DNA from: Felis catus
Taxonomy: Eukaryota
Assembly (NCBI RefSeq): GCF_018350175.1
Contig: NC_058368.1
Coordinates: 136,340,001 to 136,404,000, forward strand
Length of the DNA: 64,000 nucleotides
Reading direction: 5' to 3'
Shown here piece by piece: positions 1 to 10,242 of this stretch (position 1 is the first letter of the stretch; each line of letters opens with the position of its first letter). The position numbers and the translations under genes were made by a program. The notes under the pieces are model-generated. The model was not told the origin of the DNA and searched no databases. It worked only from the letters and a program-made list of their open reading frames with translations.

Positions 1-529
1 GTGAAAAGTGTGCCACCCATGAGATTATAAATGTGTACCAAAGAGAACAGAGTGATGTTTAACCTGGAGGAAAGTACAGTGAACATAAGTAAAGAGAAAC
101 ACTTTTAAATACAAATATCTAAGAGGTCAGTGAAACTGAGGATTTTTTTAATTCCAACATAATTAATATACAGTGTTATATTAGTTTCAGAGGTACAGTG
201 TAGTGATTCAACAACTCTATACATCACTCAATGTTTATCGTGATAAGTGTACTTTCATTGCCCTTCACCTATTTTATGTACCCCACCCACTCACCTCCCT
301 TTGTTCTCTGTAGTTAACAGTCTGTTTTGGGGTTTGTCTCTTTTTTCCTTCCCCCCCCTTAAATTCCACATATGAGTGAAATCATACAGTATTTGGCTTT
401 CTCTGACTGACCTATTTCACCTAGGTTTATACTCTCTAGACCCATCTATGTTGTTCCAAATGACAAGAACTTATTCTTTTTTTATGGCTGAGTGTGTGTA
501 TCACATCTTCTTTAACCGTTCATCTATTT

Positions 530-596
530 TTTTTAAGTTTATTTATTTTGAGAGAGAGAAAGCAAGCAAGAGAAAGCAAGGAGGGGCAGAGAGAGC

Positions 597-660
<64 letters not shown>

Positions 661-782
661 CAAGCAGGCTCCACATTGTCAGTGCAGAGCCTGACATGGG
701 ACTTGATCCCACAAACCATGAGATGGCAACCTGAGCCAAAATCAAGAGTCGAATGCCCAACCAACTGAACCACCCAGGTGCT
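530..782 (-). mobile_element. Carnivore SINE (SINEC)
   Basis: tRNA-derived head, (GA)n tract and T-rich tail on the plus strand. Confidence 0.85.
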
Positions 783-957
783 CTTCCATTCATCTATTGA
801 TAGACACTTGGACTTTTTCATAATTTGGCTATTGTAAATAATGCTGCAATAAACATAGGGGTGCTTGTATCTTTTTGAATTAATGTTTTTGTATTCTTTG
901 TGTAAATACCCGGTAGTGGAATTACTAGATCATATAGTAGTTCTATTTTTAATTTTT

Positions 958-1672
958 TTGGGGGGGCAGATAAGGGTTTGCTTTATTGAATAATTGACCT
1001 GTGTAATTGCTGAGGCCACTGTATACAGACAAAAGAGAGGAAGCTTTATTTCTTTGTCTCTTGCTCCTTGGACAGAGTCTGATGATTTCCTCCTTCTTGG
1101 CTTGGAGGTGCTCTTCATAGACTTTGTGTGCTTCCTTGGTCCTTGATATGTGGACCTTTTTCAGCAGAAGCCTTTTCAGCAGAAGCTTTTTGAGAGCCTT
1201 GTCTGCCTTCAGCTTGTGGATGTGTTCCATGAGAATCCGCCTGTTTTTGAACAGGTTGCCCTTGAATTTCAGGTACAGGCTATGACACATGTGGCAGTCA
1301 GTCTTCTCAGAGTCATGGTGTCTGCTGAGCAACTGGCACAGAATTCTCATTCTCCTCATCCAGGTCACCTTCTCAGGTATTCGAGCCTTGGCAGTACCTT
1401 TTCTCTTACTGATGCCCATATGCCTACCTTTCCGGCAGGCCAAGGTGTTTTTCTGGTACCGATCCTGGGAATAGACAGTACAGGCTTCTGGATGACCAGC
1501 CCATCCTTGATCAGTTTCTGGATGTACTGATGGGAGTTGGCACTGGTGATTTCTTTAGACTCATTGGGGTCCAACGAGGCCTTTTTTTTTGCCACAGTGG
1601 AGGACCTTGGAGGCAAGCCTCTTTTGAAGCCTGAACATACTTATGGCTGCCACCGTGGCAGTAAAAGGAAAG
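958..1672 (-). pseudogene. RPL19: Processed RPL19 pseudogene inserted into an L1
   Basis: Minus-strand frames give [33 protein letters not shown] and [32 protein letters not shown]...LQAKKEEII. Intronless; 5' TOP-like ctttcctttt at 1672; start codon is ATA (1644-1642); frameshifts; TAA at 1048-1046; AATAAA at 987-982; TSD tatttttaa(t/c)tttt at 944 and 1673. Confidence 0.93.
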
Positions 1673-2699
1673 TATTTTTAACTTTTTGAGGAGGCTCCCT
1701 ATTGTGTTCTACAGTGGCTACACCAGTTTGCATTCCCACAGCAAGAGGCTTCCTTTTTCTCCACATTCTTCCCCACACTTGTTGTTTCCTGTGTTTTTGA
1801 TTTTAGCCATTCTGGCAGGTGTGAGGTGGTATCTCATTGTGGTTTTGATTTGTGTTTCCCTGGTGATTAGTAATGTTGAGCATCTTTTCATGCATTTGTT
1901 TGTGATCTGTGTTTCTTCTTTGGAGAAATGTCTGTTCATGTCTTCTGCTCATTTTTAAATTGGATTCTTTGTTTTTTGGGCATTGAATTGTATCAGTTCT
2001 TTCTGTATTTTGGATACTAACCCTTTATCAGATATGTCATTTGTAAATATCTTCTCCTATTCATTAGATTGTCTTTTAGTTTTATTGATTATTTCCTTCA
2101 CTGTGAAAAATTTTTTATTTTGATGGAGTTCCAATGTTTATTTTTGCTTTTGTTTTCCTGGCCCAAACTGAGGAAGTTTACTGTTGAACAAGACTTGTTT
2201 GGCAGAAGGATGGAGAGGGGGTTAATGGATAACAAAGTAGTTTGGTATTTGAACAATATGACAATCCAAAAGGCCAAGTGTTATTCTGGGCCATACTGGA
2301 AAAGAAACTACTCAAAATTTGAAGGAGGGAGTGAGAGAGAAATAGGAAGCCTGCTTTATCTTAGGAGGAGTGGTTAAGAGAGGTTTGTCCATAGTAAATC
2401 AGTAGATTGTGTCTGTTCACAACATGAGAGAAATTACTGCATTGGGAATATCCCCATCTTTGCAGAAGGATGGACTAAAACCTTACTTTCTTTCTGAAAT
2501 TTAGAATACCTTCATTACTGGAGATCCCTTTTGCAATGAGTGCCAATATGTCTCTGTAAGGTTTAAACAGTAAAATGTGCTGTCACTGAAGTTTTATTGT
2601 GTAGGATCTAAAGGTATGTTTAAGAGGCAGACCTGGGGTAGATATTAGATTAATTTTCAAGTTAGATTTATCCCAAAGAAAAATACTTTGATGCTGTTG

Positions 2700-3360
2700 A
2701 TGTGTGTGCTACTCATCAGGAGAGATAGTATTTCTTGAATTGCTTCCCAGGGTGCATTTGAGTAGCAATTAAATACTTGATAAATGAAATAACAGACACA
2801 TATTTTGTATTAATTATCTCAGTGACCCACATCACATGGCAAGCAATAAATCTGTGGGAGCATAAATTGGTGGATACTTTAGATTGGCTGGTCAAGGACA
2901 TTTAAAACGAGATTTAAATTACAAGAAGTATTCAACTATTTAGAAACGCAGGAAGACCTTTCCAGGTAAGGTAAGGGCAAAAGCTTCAAAATGGGAATGA
3001 GCTTGACCTGTAGAGGACCACAGAGAAGGCCACTGGGGCTGGAGTGGAGGGGCCTGGGGCAGAGTGGTAGGACATGAAATTGGAGAGAGGTACAGATCAT
3101 GTAGTACTTTGTAAGTCAGGATGAGGAATTTAGATTCAGTGCTTAGTAAGATAGGAAGCCATCAGTGCATATTAAGGGTAAAAACACTCTGCCTGGTTGT
3201 CAGTTATGGATTAGAGGAAGGCAAGAGAAGATGGGGTGGAGTTGGAGGAAGGCAAGATGTAGGTTGGGGCAATTGTCCAGAACTGGGGTGGTAGTAATGG
3301 GGTTGGAGAAAAGTGAATGGGGTTAGGAGCAGTTGAAAGAAAGATGACGTGGTGAAAGAA
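2700..3360. mobile_element. Old L2 fragment
   Basis: L2-like phrases (ggaatgagcttg...gaaggccactggggctggagtggag; tgtccag...ggtagtaatggggttggagaaaagtg). Confidence 0.55.
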
Positions 3361-3734
3361 CCCAGGTGGTCAGGCAGGGTTAAGCCTGCCTGAGTGATAA
3401 GCCTCTAGGTCTAAGTAGGGAAAACATCACCTCTCCTACAGAAACTTTGATTTGTATTCAGGCCATAAGGACCCCCCACCTTTTAAAAACCAGTCTTCCC
3501 AGGTCACTAAGGACCTGGCTCATCATTGACTTCTGATCTCTAGAGATATTTCCATAATCAGGGAGTTGCATTTTTCATCCTCTTTGCTTTCTTTCTAGAC
3601 AGGCTTCTTAGATATCACAAATGGGTGGTGGGTAAGAGGGGTTATGAGGATGGTGAGTTTGCCCAAAGGAAAAACTGAGTACTGCACACAACCACTTACC
3701 TGGGTAGCCTCATAGTTTAAAAGAAAGAGGCAGG

Positions 3735-3837
3735 GAGGCTTAGTGCTTATTGTGTTAAGGGCCAGGGATTTTACATACCTATTCTCATTCCTCCTTTTGA
3801 TAACTTTGTAAGGTGCATTTTTAAATTCCAGTTGTAT

Positions 3838-3893
<56 letters not shown>

Positions 3894-3990
3894 AGAGGCT
3901 CAGATAGATTCTTTATTTTGCCTAAAGTCACACAGCTTGTAAGCAGCGGGGCCAGGACCAGAATCAGAATGGGGCTCTCTCTGTACCCTC
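3735..3990. mobile_element. MIR with internal (GA)n microsatellite (3841-3898)
   Basis: MIR core gaggctcag...ttgcctaaagtcacacagcttgtaag; perfect GA run. Confidence 0.65.
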
Positions 3991-4475
3991 CATACTGCCC
4001 CTGAATTGAGGTTAGTCTGTCTTCCTTCTTTTCTCATTACCACGTAGATTCTGTGAACTCATCCTGGGGAAGGCCATGATTTCTCTTTGTTACATGTACT
4101 ATGTTTGCCTCCCCTACCTGGCATCAGTGTCTAGTAAAATGCTCAGCAAACATGCCTGCATGGAGGCAACACCTCCTGCTTGCTGCCACAGGCTGGGGTG
4201 AGAGGCGAAGCAGGGCTGGTGAGGTGGATTGCTTTGCCACTGCTGCTAGGGATGGGGAGCGACTCTACAGCCTGTGCCTTGCCTCCAAGGCATTTTCCAT
4301 TTCCTGGCCCCCTCCTCCTCCCCATCCCTCAGCTTTCGCCCCTCCGCCCCTCCATTTCAGCTCTGGCCCCTAGGGGAGCGTCCCTTGCCGCGGGGCTGAC
4401 AGCACTTAGGGGTGCGGGGTCCCTGTTGTCTGTGCGCACAGCTTCGTTCACGGGTGCCTGGTGTCCAGCGGGCAT

Positions 4476-4483
4476 TGATGTCA
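4476..4483 (+). promoter_or_regulatory. Variant CRE (TGATGTCA) at the position of the conserved CART promoter CRE
   Basis: Context ggcatTGATGTCA about 110 nt upstream of TATA; human and rodent CART promoters have TGACGTCA here (recalled). Confidence 0.65.
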
Positions 4484-4587
4484 GGCGGTGGCGGAGCGCT
4501 GCCTACAGACGGTTGACCTGGACCCTCCTCCACACTCACTTCCTTCGTCGCCCCCTCCCTCTTCCCTGTACTCGGGCTCTGGCTCTC

Positions 4588-4594
4588 TATAAAA
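4588..4594 (+). promoter_or_regulatory. CARTPT TATA box
   Basis: TATAAAA 50 nt upstream of the ATG in a GC-rich promoter. Confidence 0.85.
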
Positions 4595-4628
4595 GGCGGG
4601 AGCGTGGGGTGCCACAGCAGCGCCGAGT

Positions 4629-4649
4629 TTCAGCACCATGGAGAGCCCC
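4629..4649 (+). promoter_or_regulatory. RE1/NRSE (REST-binding) site overlapping the CARTPT start codon
   Basis: TTCAGCACCATGGAGAGCCCC matches the consensus TTCAGCACCACGGACAGCGCC at 18/21 positions. Confidence 0.8.
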
Positions 4650-4796
4650 CGTCTCCGGCCGCTGACCGTCTTGGGTGCCGCCCTGCTTTTTCTGCTACCG
4701 CTGTTGGGTGCCCGTGCCCAGGAGGATGCTGAGCTCCAGCCCCGAGCCCTGGACATCTACTCCGCCGTGGAGGATACCTCCCATGAGAAGGAGCTG
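4638..4796 (+). CDS. CARTPT: CARTPT exon 1 (signal peptide plus pro-region, 53 codons)
   Basis: Translates MESPRLRPLTVLGAALLFLLPLLGARAQEDAELQPRALDIYSAVEDTSHEKEL, the prepro-CART N-terminus. Kozak gcaccATGg; donor GTGGGT at 4797. Confidence 0.97.
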
Positions 4797-5240
4797 GTGG
4801 GTATCTCCCGGATCTCCCTTGGTTGCCCCCCAGTCCCTCTGTACACGCGTCCGTCCTCCCTCCCTCCCTCCCCCACTTCCCAGAGTCCGGGTGCGCGGGG
4901 ATGAGCGCGGAGGTGAGCGCAAAGGCAGCGCTCCCGCTGCCATTTGAAAATCGTCTGGAGCCCCACTGCCTGCGGGCAGTTTATAGAGCGAATCCCTCGT
5001 CCCGGGCCCTTGGAGCAACAGGAGCCTCAGCAGCTAAGGGACTTGCGGTCAGTACGAGAGACCGTGCCCACTAAGTTACTACCCCTGCACCTTCCCTTTC
5101 TGTCCTTGGAGTCCCGCGGCGGAGTGTGTGTGTGGTTCTGGGGCTCCTTGTAACTAGGACTGGAGGGGAAGTGAGCACCCGAGCTGGGCTTGCAGCCAAG
5201 GCGGCAACTTCAGCTCCGGGGTGGGGGCGGTGTGTTGCAG

Positions 5241-5324
5241 ATCGAAGCGCTACAGGAAGTCCTGAAGAAGCTCAAGACTAAAAGTATTCCGATCTATGAG
5301 AAGAAGTATGGCCAAGTCCCCATG
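5241..5324 (+). CDS. CARTPT: CARTPT exon 2 (28 codons)
   Basis: Acceptor tgtgttgcAG ends at 5240; translates IEALQEVLKKLKTKSIPIYEKKYGQVPM; donor GTAAGG at 5325; phase 0. Confidence 0.97.
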
Positions 5325-5412
5325 GTAAGGCTTTGGGGTTCCCCTTCCCCATGTTTTTCCAGGAGGAAATATACCACCTTGAGTCTTATAGGTGACCTTT
5401 TCCCCAGGATGT

Positions 5413-5585
5413 GGTAACTATCAGTTTGTTCTCTATAGTTAACATTCTGTTTTTGGGGTTTGTCTCTTTTTTCTTTGTTTGTTTTGTTTCTTAAATTCCA
5501 CATATGAGTGAAATCATACAGTATTTGGCTTTCTCTGACTGCCCTATTTCACTTAGCTTTATACTCTCTAGATCCATCTAGGTTT
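5413..5585 (-). mobile_element. Tailless L1 3' fragment in CARTPT intron 2
   Basis: Closely similar to the L1 sequence at 300-450 (ttaaattccacatatgagtgaaatcatacagtatttggctttctctgactg). Confidence 0.85.
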
Positions 5586-5940
5586 GCAGGTAATGGGTTT
5601 GCAGAAGTCTGTAGGCTTCCCTTTGTTTTACATCCCCAAACGTGGTCCTTGGCCTCTAAGGCCATTTCAGAAGACCCAATAGCTTGTGCCAGGAATCAGC
5701 TCTTGGGTGTCTGTATGGAAAGGAGCATTTCTTGAAGATGAGTTTTTTTTTTCTTATTTTTCAACTCATGAAGAATTCTCTGAATTGGAAGAGCCCTTAA
5801 ATCTACTCAGATCTTGTTCCTCCAATTTTCTTCTTGCCTTCTGGAGCACTGCCAATTTTTTTGATCTATGTTTTAAGGTCAAAATTCTTGATTCCTGGCT
5901 CGTCACTTTCCTTGAGGGAACACACACATGCATGTGTTCG

Positions 5941-5983
5941 TTCTCTCTCTCTGTCTCTCTCTCTCTGTCTCTCTCTCTCTCTG

Positions 5984-6065
<82 letters not shown>
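5941..6065. repeat. Compound (CT)n(CA)n microsatellite in CARTPT intron 2
   Basis: Directly visible. Confidence 0.95.
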
Positions 6066-6067
<2 letters not shown>

Positions 6068-6437
6068 TCCTTGGGATGAGGAGGCTGAAAGCAGGGAGTA
6101 GAGACTGTGAGAAATAGGTCTATTGTTGATTTCTTACAAAAATGTCTGATTTTCTTTCTTTTGGATAAACTATCAAAGGAGCCAGAAAATGTGGCCCCCA
6201 CCCAAAAAAGGTGAAATAAAGTAGGAAGGGTTCGATAATTTCCTTTTATGTTCTCTCACTGACATCATAAGCACAAGGCTCTCTGTGTTTCAGGCCTGAC
6301 TATACTTGGACCTCTGGGGATGGTGATAGGTTCCACCTATCCCTCCCAGGAGTCGGAAATTGTGTTGATGGGGAGATGCGGCCATTGGGAGCCTGGGTTT
6401 GCATATGTGGGAAGACTGCACCTTGTGTTGTTTGCAG

Positions 6438-6545
6438 TGCCACGCTGGGGAGCGGTGCGCAGTGCGAAAAGGAGCACGGATTGGGAAGCTTTGCGACTGT
6501 CCCCGAGGAACCACCTGCAATTCCTTCCTCTTGAAGTGCTTATGA
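6438..6545 (+). CDS. CARTPT: CARTPT exon 3 (six-cysteine CART domain plus stop)
   Basis: Acceptor ttgtttgcAG ends at 6437; translates [35 protein letters not shown] then TGA at 6543-6545. Total 53+28+35 = 116 aa, the length of short prepro-CART. Confidence 0.97.
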   Translation, partial: CHAGERCAVRKGARIGKLCDCPRGTTCNSFLLKCL

Positions 6546-6685
6546 GGCTTCCACCCTCCTCCATAAATCCCCACTGCCTCTGCCTCCCTTGAGAGGACAA
6601 CACTTTCATCCCTGGAGTTCGGCTTTAGCAACAAAGTTTGCGTTTCCCTGTGAGAGTTAAAGGGGCTCTTGTCCTGCTGTTCCCA

Positions 6686-6691
6686 AATAAA
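6686..6691 (+). terminator. CARTPT proximal polyadenylation signal
   Basis: AATAAA about 140 nt after the stop, followed by a TG-rich tract. Confidence 0.65.
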
Positions 6692-6941
6692 AGAATACAT
6701 TAAATGTTACTGTGTGAAGGATAACGCCTTGTACGGTGTTGATACATGTGCAAAGTATTCTTATTCATCTGACAAACTCTTACCCATCTTGGTGTAGAGA
6801 AGGGGAACTTTGCTTTGAAAACTGTATTTTTGTATGTGGTGTGGCAGGATGAACATTAGATTTAGTTAATCTTGGTAGGTGACATCACAACCTGGAAAAT
6901 AACCCCAAATGACACAAATTGCAGCATGTACAATTATACAT

Positions 6942-6947
6942 AATAAA
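6942..6947 (+). terminator. CARTPT distal polyadenylation signal
   Basis: AATAAA followed by T/GT-rich sequence. Two sites about 255 nt apart fit the known CART mRNA doublet. Confidence 0.7.
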
Positions 6948-9263
6948 GTGTTTTTAATAATTGCTCTTACTGCATCATTGTTTCTATGTTGTAAGTAATG
7001 TAAGTGAGAATGGTGGAATTAATCATGCTGTTGTTTTCAAAGAGATGGATTTTAGAAATAGCAGTCTATTGGGAGAATAGTACCTTGGCTCCAAGGAGTT
7101 TTGATCATTAATTGGGAGTTTGCCACACAAACTTTGGTGTACTCTCTTTTTCTTTGATTGCAGTGGTGTGTGTGGGAGGGGTGGGGTGGTGGTGATGGTG
7201 GTGTTGGTGTTGGTGTGTGTGTGTGTGTGTGTGTGTTTGTGTTAATTGGAGACGGTTGGGATTGAGGTGATGTGACATTGTTTACTAAAACCTTTAGTAG
7301 ACTCCTTAATTTTCACATAAGACCAATAAAAGATCAATTGTTTCAGACTTTAGCCTCATTAAATGCAGTTTGAAAAATTGGGACTTTTGGTTATTCTTTT
7401 ATTAGTAAATATTCATTGATAAAAATGGATTATTTAGGGCTTGTTGTTTATTCAAAGGAAGGGAAATAGCTGTATTAGGTACTTTAAGGGTGTGAGACCT
7501 AATCATTCCCACTGTTTAATATATAAACTTGGAAAAATTATCTGTTCAAAGGAAAATTAGTCATTTTAGTAACTAGTTTTGAGGGGAACAAATGAAAACT
7601 GATAGGGGGTAGATTCAACCCAAAAAACATAAAAATCTTAAAGGTAAAGGTTAGTAGCCTTTAAATGTTTTTGAGCACTTACCCAAGGTCACATTTCTGA
7701 GGGTTTAAACCAGAGTAAACAACATTTAAGAAGGAACATCAAGAGAAAAACAGGTACTTACAGTTTCCCAATGCAAACTCAAGAGGCTGCTGCATAATAT
7801 AAGCATTAAAAAAGAACATCCCTCCACTGCTTCCTGGGGAGATAGAGTATGCTGATAGGAAATCTTCTCATACACAATTGCTATTGGCAGTATTCTTATT
7901 CTTACTATTACCATGGCTCATTCCCTTAGTAATCTTGCAAGATAAATATTATTACCATTTTTCAGAGGAGGAAGCAGAGGCTAAGAGAGATGATGGAAGT
8001 CATGTTGATCAGATCACATAATCCTAAATTGTGATTTCACCTCTACTCCCTTTGACTCCCAAGATTTTTTCGCCTTTTCCTTCCATGTCACTCTGGGCAA
8101 TGGCAATTGAACAGGTTGTTTAGACTCCCACATTCCCCAGAAGCACTTCTTTAATAGAAATGAACTCCCTGGGGTGCCAATGTATTCTGGGGTGGGGGGT
8201 CACATTGCGATTTGAATTCCTATATGACAGGCTTAGTTGCGACTGAAATGTGTTACATTTTAATCTTGAAAAACTGCCTAGAGTTCTTTAATGGTTTAAT
8301 TGTCAGCTGCTTTTCCAGAAAATATTTAAGATAAAATCCTGACCACCTTCTTGAGTCCCTCAACTGTTCCCATTTGTGTCATTTTTAAATAAGATCAGGA
8401 AATTGCTTTAATCATTGATTAGTGCACAGGCAATATCCCTGGGGATAATACTGAGAAGTGCTTCTGACTGCAGCTTGGAATGTTTTCCCAAAAGGAAGAG
8501 CTGCTGGAGGATTTTGTTGTTCAAAGACAGTAATAAGAACTCTGCTCCAAACCCCTTTAACTCCTTCACCCCTACTTCTAGGTCACCCTTTTCTTTCTTG
8601 TTTAATTTGACTGAAGGATATGGACTTATGGGGAACTGGTGATGAGGAATCTGTGGGCTGGGTATTAAAGGCTTCTTCCAAAAGTTTTGTCTGGGGATCC
8701 AAGTTTTAAAGTCATGGTGGTAATGACATTCTCTACTAATAATGAAAACATTTAATCTGATGTGGCTTGGTAGAAGTAACCTTGCCTTTTCATTTAATCA
8801 GTATTAGACTGCCTCTTCAAATAGAATGCCTTAGTGTGTTTAATGACTGAAGGTCTCTGTGGTAGAGGATAAGAATGTTAAATATCGAAAAAATTTTAAT
8901 GAGAAAAGTAGTTATCCATGTGCAGTCACCCATGTATGAGCCCCAGAGATATTCTAAGATTGGCTGAAGGATCAGGGGTCTGAGAGTTGACAGGCATCTA
9001 TAGCTAAAAATCCAGAGAATATTACAGGCATAAGAGCGGTGTTTCTAGAGCAGTGGTTCTCACAGGGTTTAGAGGTGATGAGCGAAAATTAACCAGAGGA
9101 ATTTTCTCAACTACACACAACCACTACCCCTCCTACAGTAATTGCTGATGTTACGCCCCTCACCCTATGACAGAATCTGGAGGCCTGTGAGGGACACATG
9201 TTGTACCTAGGTACCCACACCCCCACTTCCAATCCTGATAATGGTACATCTGATTGTGGATAT

Positions 9264-9665
9264 TGACAAAGATTCTTTCTTGATCAGACTTGAGTCAGGC
9301 TCCTGAACCTTCTTCTGGGCCTATGTGTGCACTTCCTTATAAAATCCAGTTTTAGCAAGAACCCTGCTAAATCAATTTACCAAGAGTCCCCATCCTTCTC
9401 ATTTTCCACCATTCTTTAGGGGATGTCTGAGCACTCTGGCCTGTCTTGAGTGAAGATCATGTCTAGTCGTGTAACTGGAATTCCTTGACCCCTGATGTTT
9501 CCCTTTGGTAACTTCCCATCCACTGACTCACTCCCCTACTTCTTACTTGCTCATTTAATATTAGGAATTGAGCCCTGTACTGTACTTTCTTTCCCCTATT
9601 GTGGTAGTGAACAAAATCTATTTATATGGCTTTAACTACTGTCCAACTGTGGTTTTTCTTTGACA
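9264..9665. mobile_element. Solo ERV LTR inserted in a MER5-like hAT element
   Basis: TG...CA ends (tgacaaagattc...ctttgaca). Flanks 9050 cagtggttctc and 9720-9757 aggtggttctg...agaaccactg resemble MER5 termini. Confidence 0.6.
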
Positions 9666-10185
9666 GGGAAGTATAGTTAGGGAAGACTATTTAGGAATGC
9701 GTGGTTTAAATAAGGTTCTCAGGTGGTTCTGCTGAGTGTCCAACATTAGAACCACTGCAATGCTGAGCTAGTTGTTTATATATAGTCCCATTCATTCTGT
9801 ACTTTTTTGAGTGCCTTCCATGTGCTGGGTATTTAGAACACAATGATAAACAAGATAGACAGAATCCTTGTTCTTAGGGGGTCTACAATCAAGTGATTTA
9901 TAATCTTTTGTGAGAATAGATAATAAGAAACAAATAAAAATGATAAGCCATGATAAATTCTTCGAATTTTTTATCTCTGAATTTATGTTGACATGATCGA
10001 GGCCATGGGTTCTTAGAAAATGAAGAGCAGATAAGAAGAGGTCCAAGTGGCTTTCCCTGTAAATAGGTTTTTGGGTCCCCTCAGGTGGAATTCACAGATG
10101 TTTGCAGATTAGGAGTATCTCAGGGGAAATCAAGACTGAGCATAAGGAGGGTGGTGGTTCTGGTGTCAGCATTCAATATTCTTCA

Positions 10186-10242
10186 TGGATGGATGGATAG
10201 ATGGATGGATGGATGGATGGATGGATGGATGGATGGATGGAT
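10186..10242. repeat. (GGAT)n microsatellite
   Basis: Directly visible. Confidence 0.95.

Larger units (their letters stand above)
143..2160 (-). mobile_element. L1 3' end (ORF2 C-terminus and 3' UTR), interrupted by a SINE and the RPL19 retrocopy
   Basis: Minus [51 protein letters not shown]; typical L1 3' UTR; T-rich tail at about 143. Confidence 0.9.
4340..5260. promoter_or_regulatory. CpG-rich region over the CARTPT promoter, exon 1 and intron 1
   Basis: Visibly high GC and CpG density relative to the AT-rich remainder of the window. Confidence 0.7.

Noticed and set aside
949..1443. 164-aa RPL19-like ORF as a functional gene
   Set aside because: Native start lost, frameshifts on both sides, and retrocopy hallmarks.
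4638..4904. 88-aa single-exon ORF from the CARTPT ATG
   Set aside because: It is exon 1 read into intron 1; CART similarity stops at the GT donor at 4797.
4101..5153. Many overlapping ORFs on both strands around the promoter
   Set aside because: Expected in GC-rich, stop-poor DNA; no recognisable protein features.
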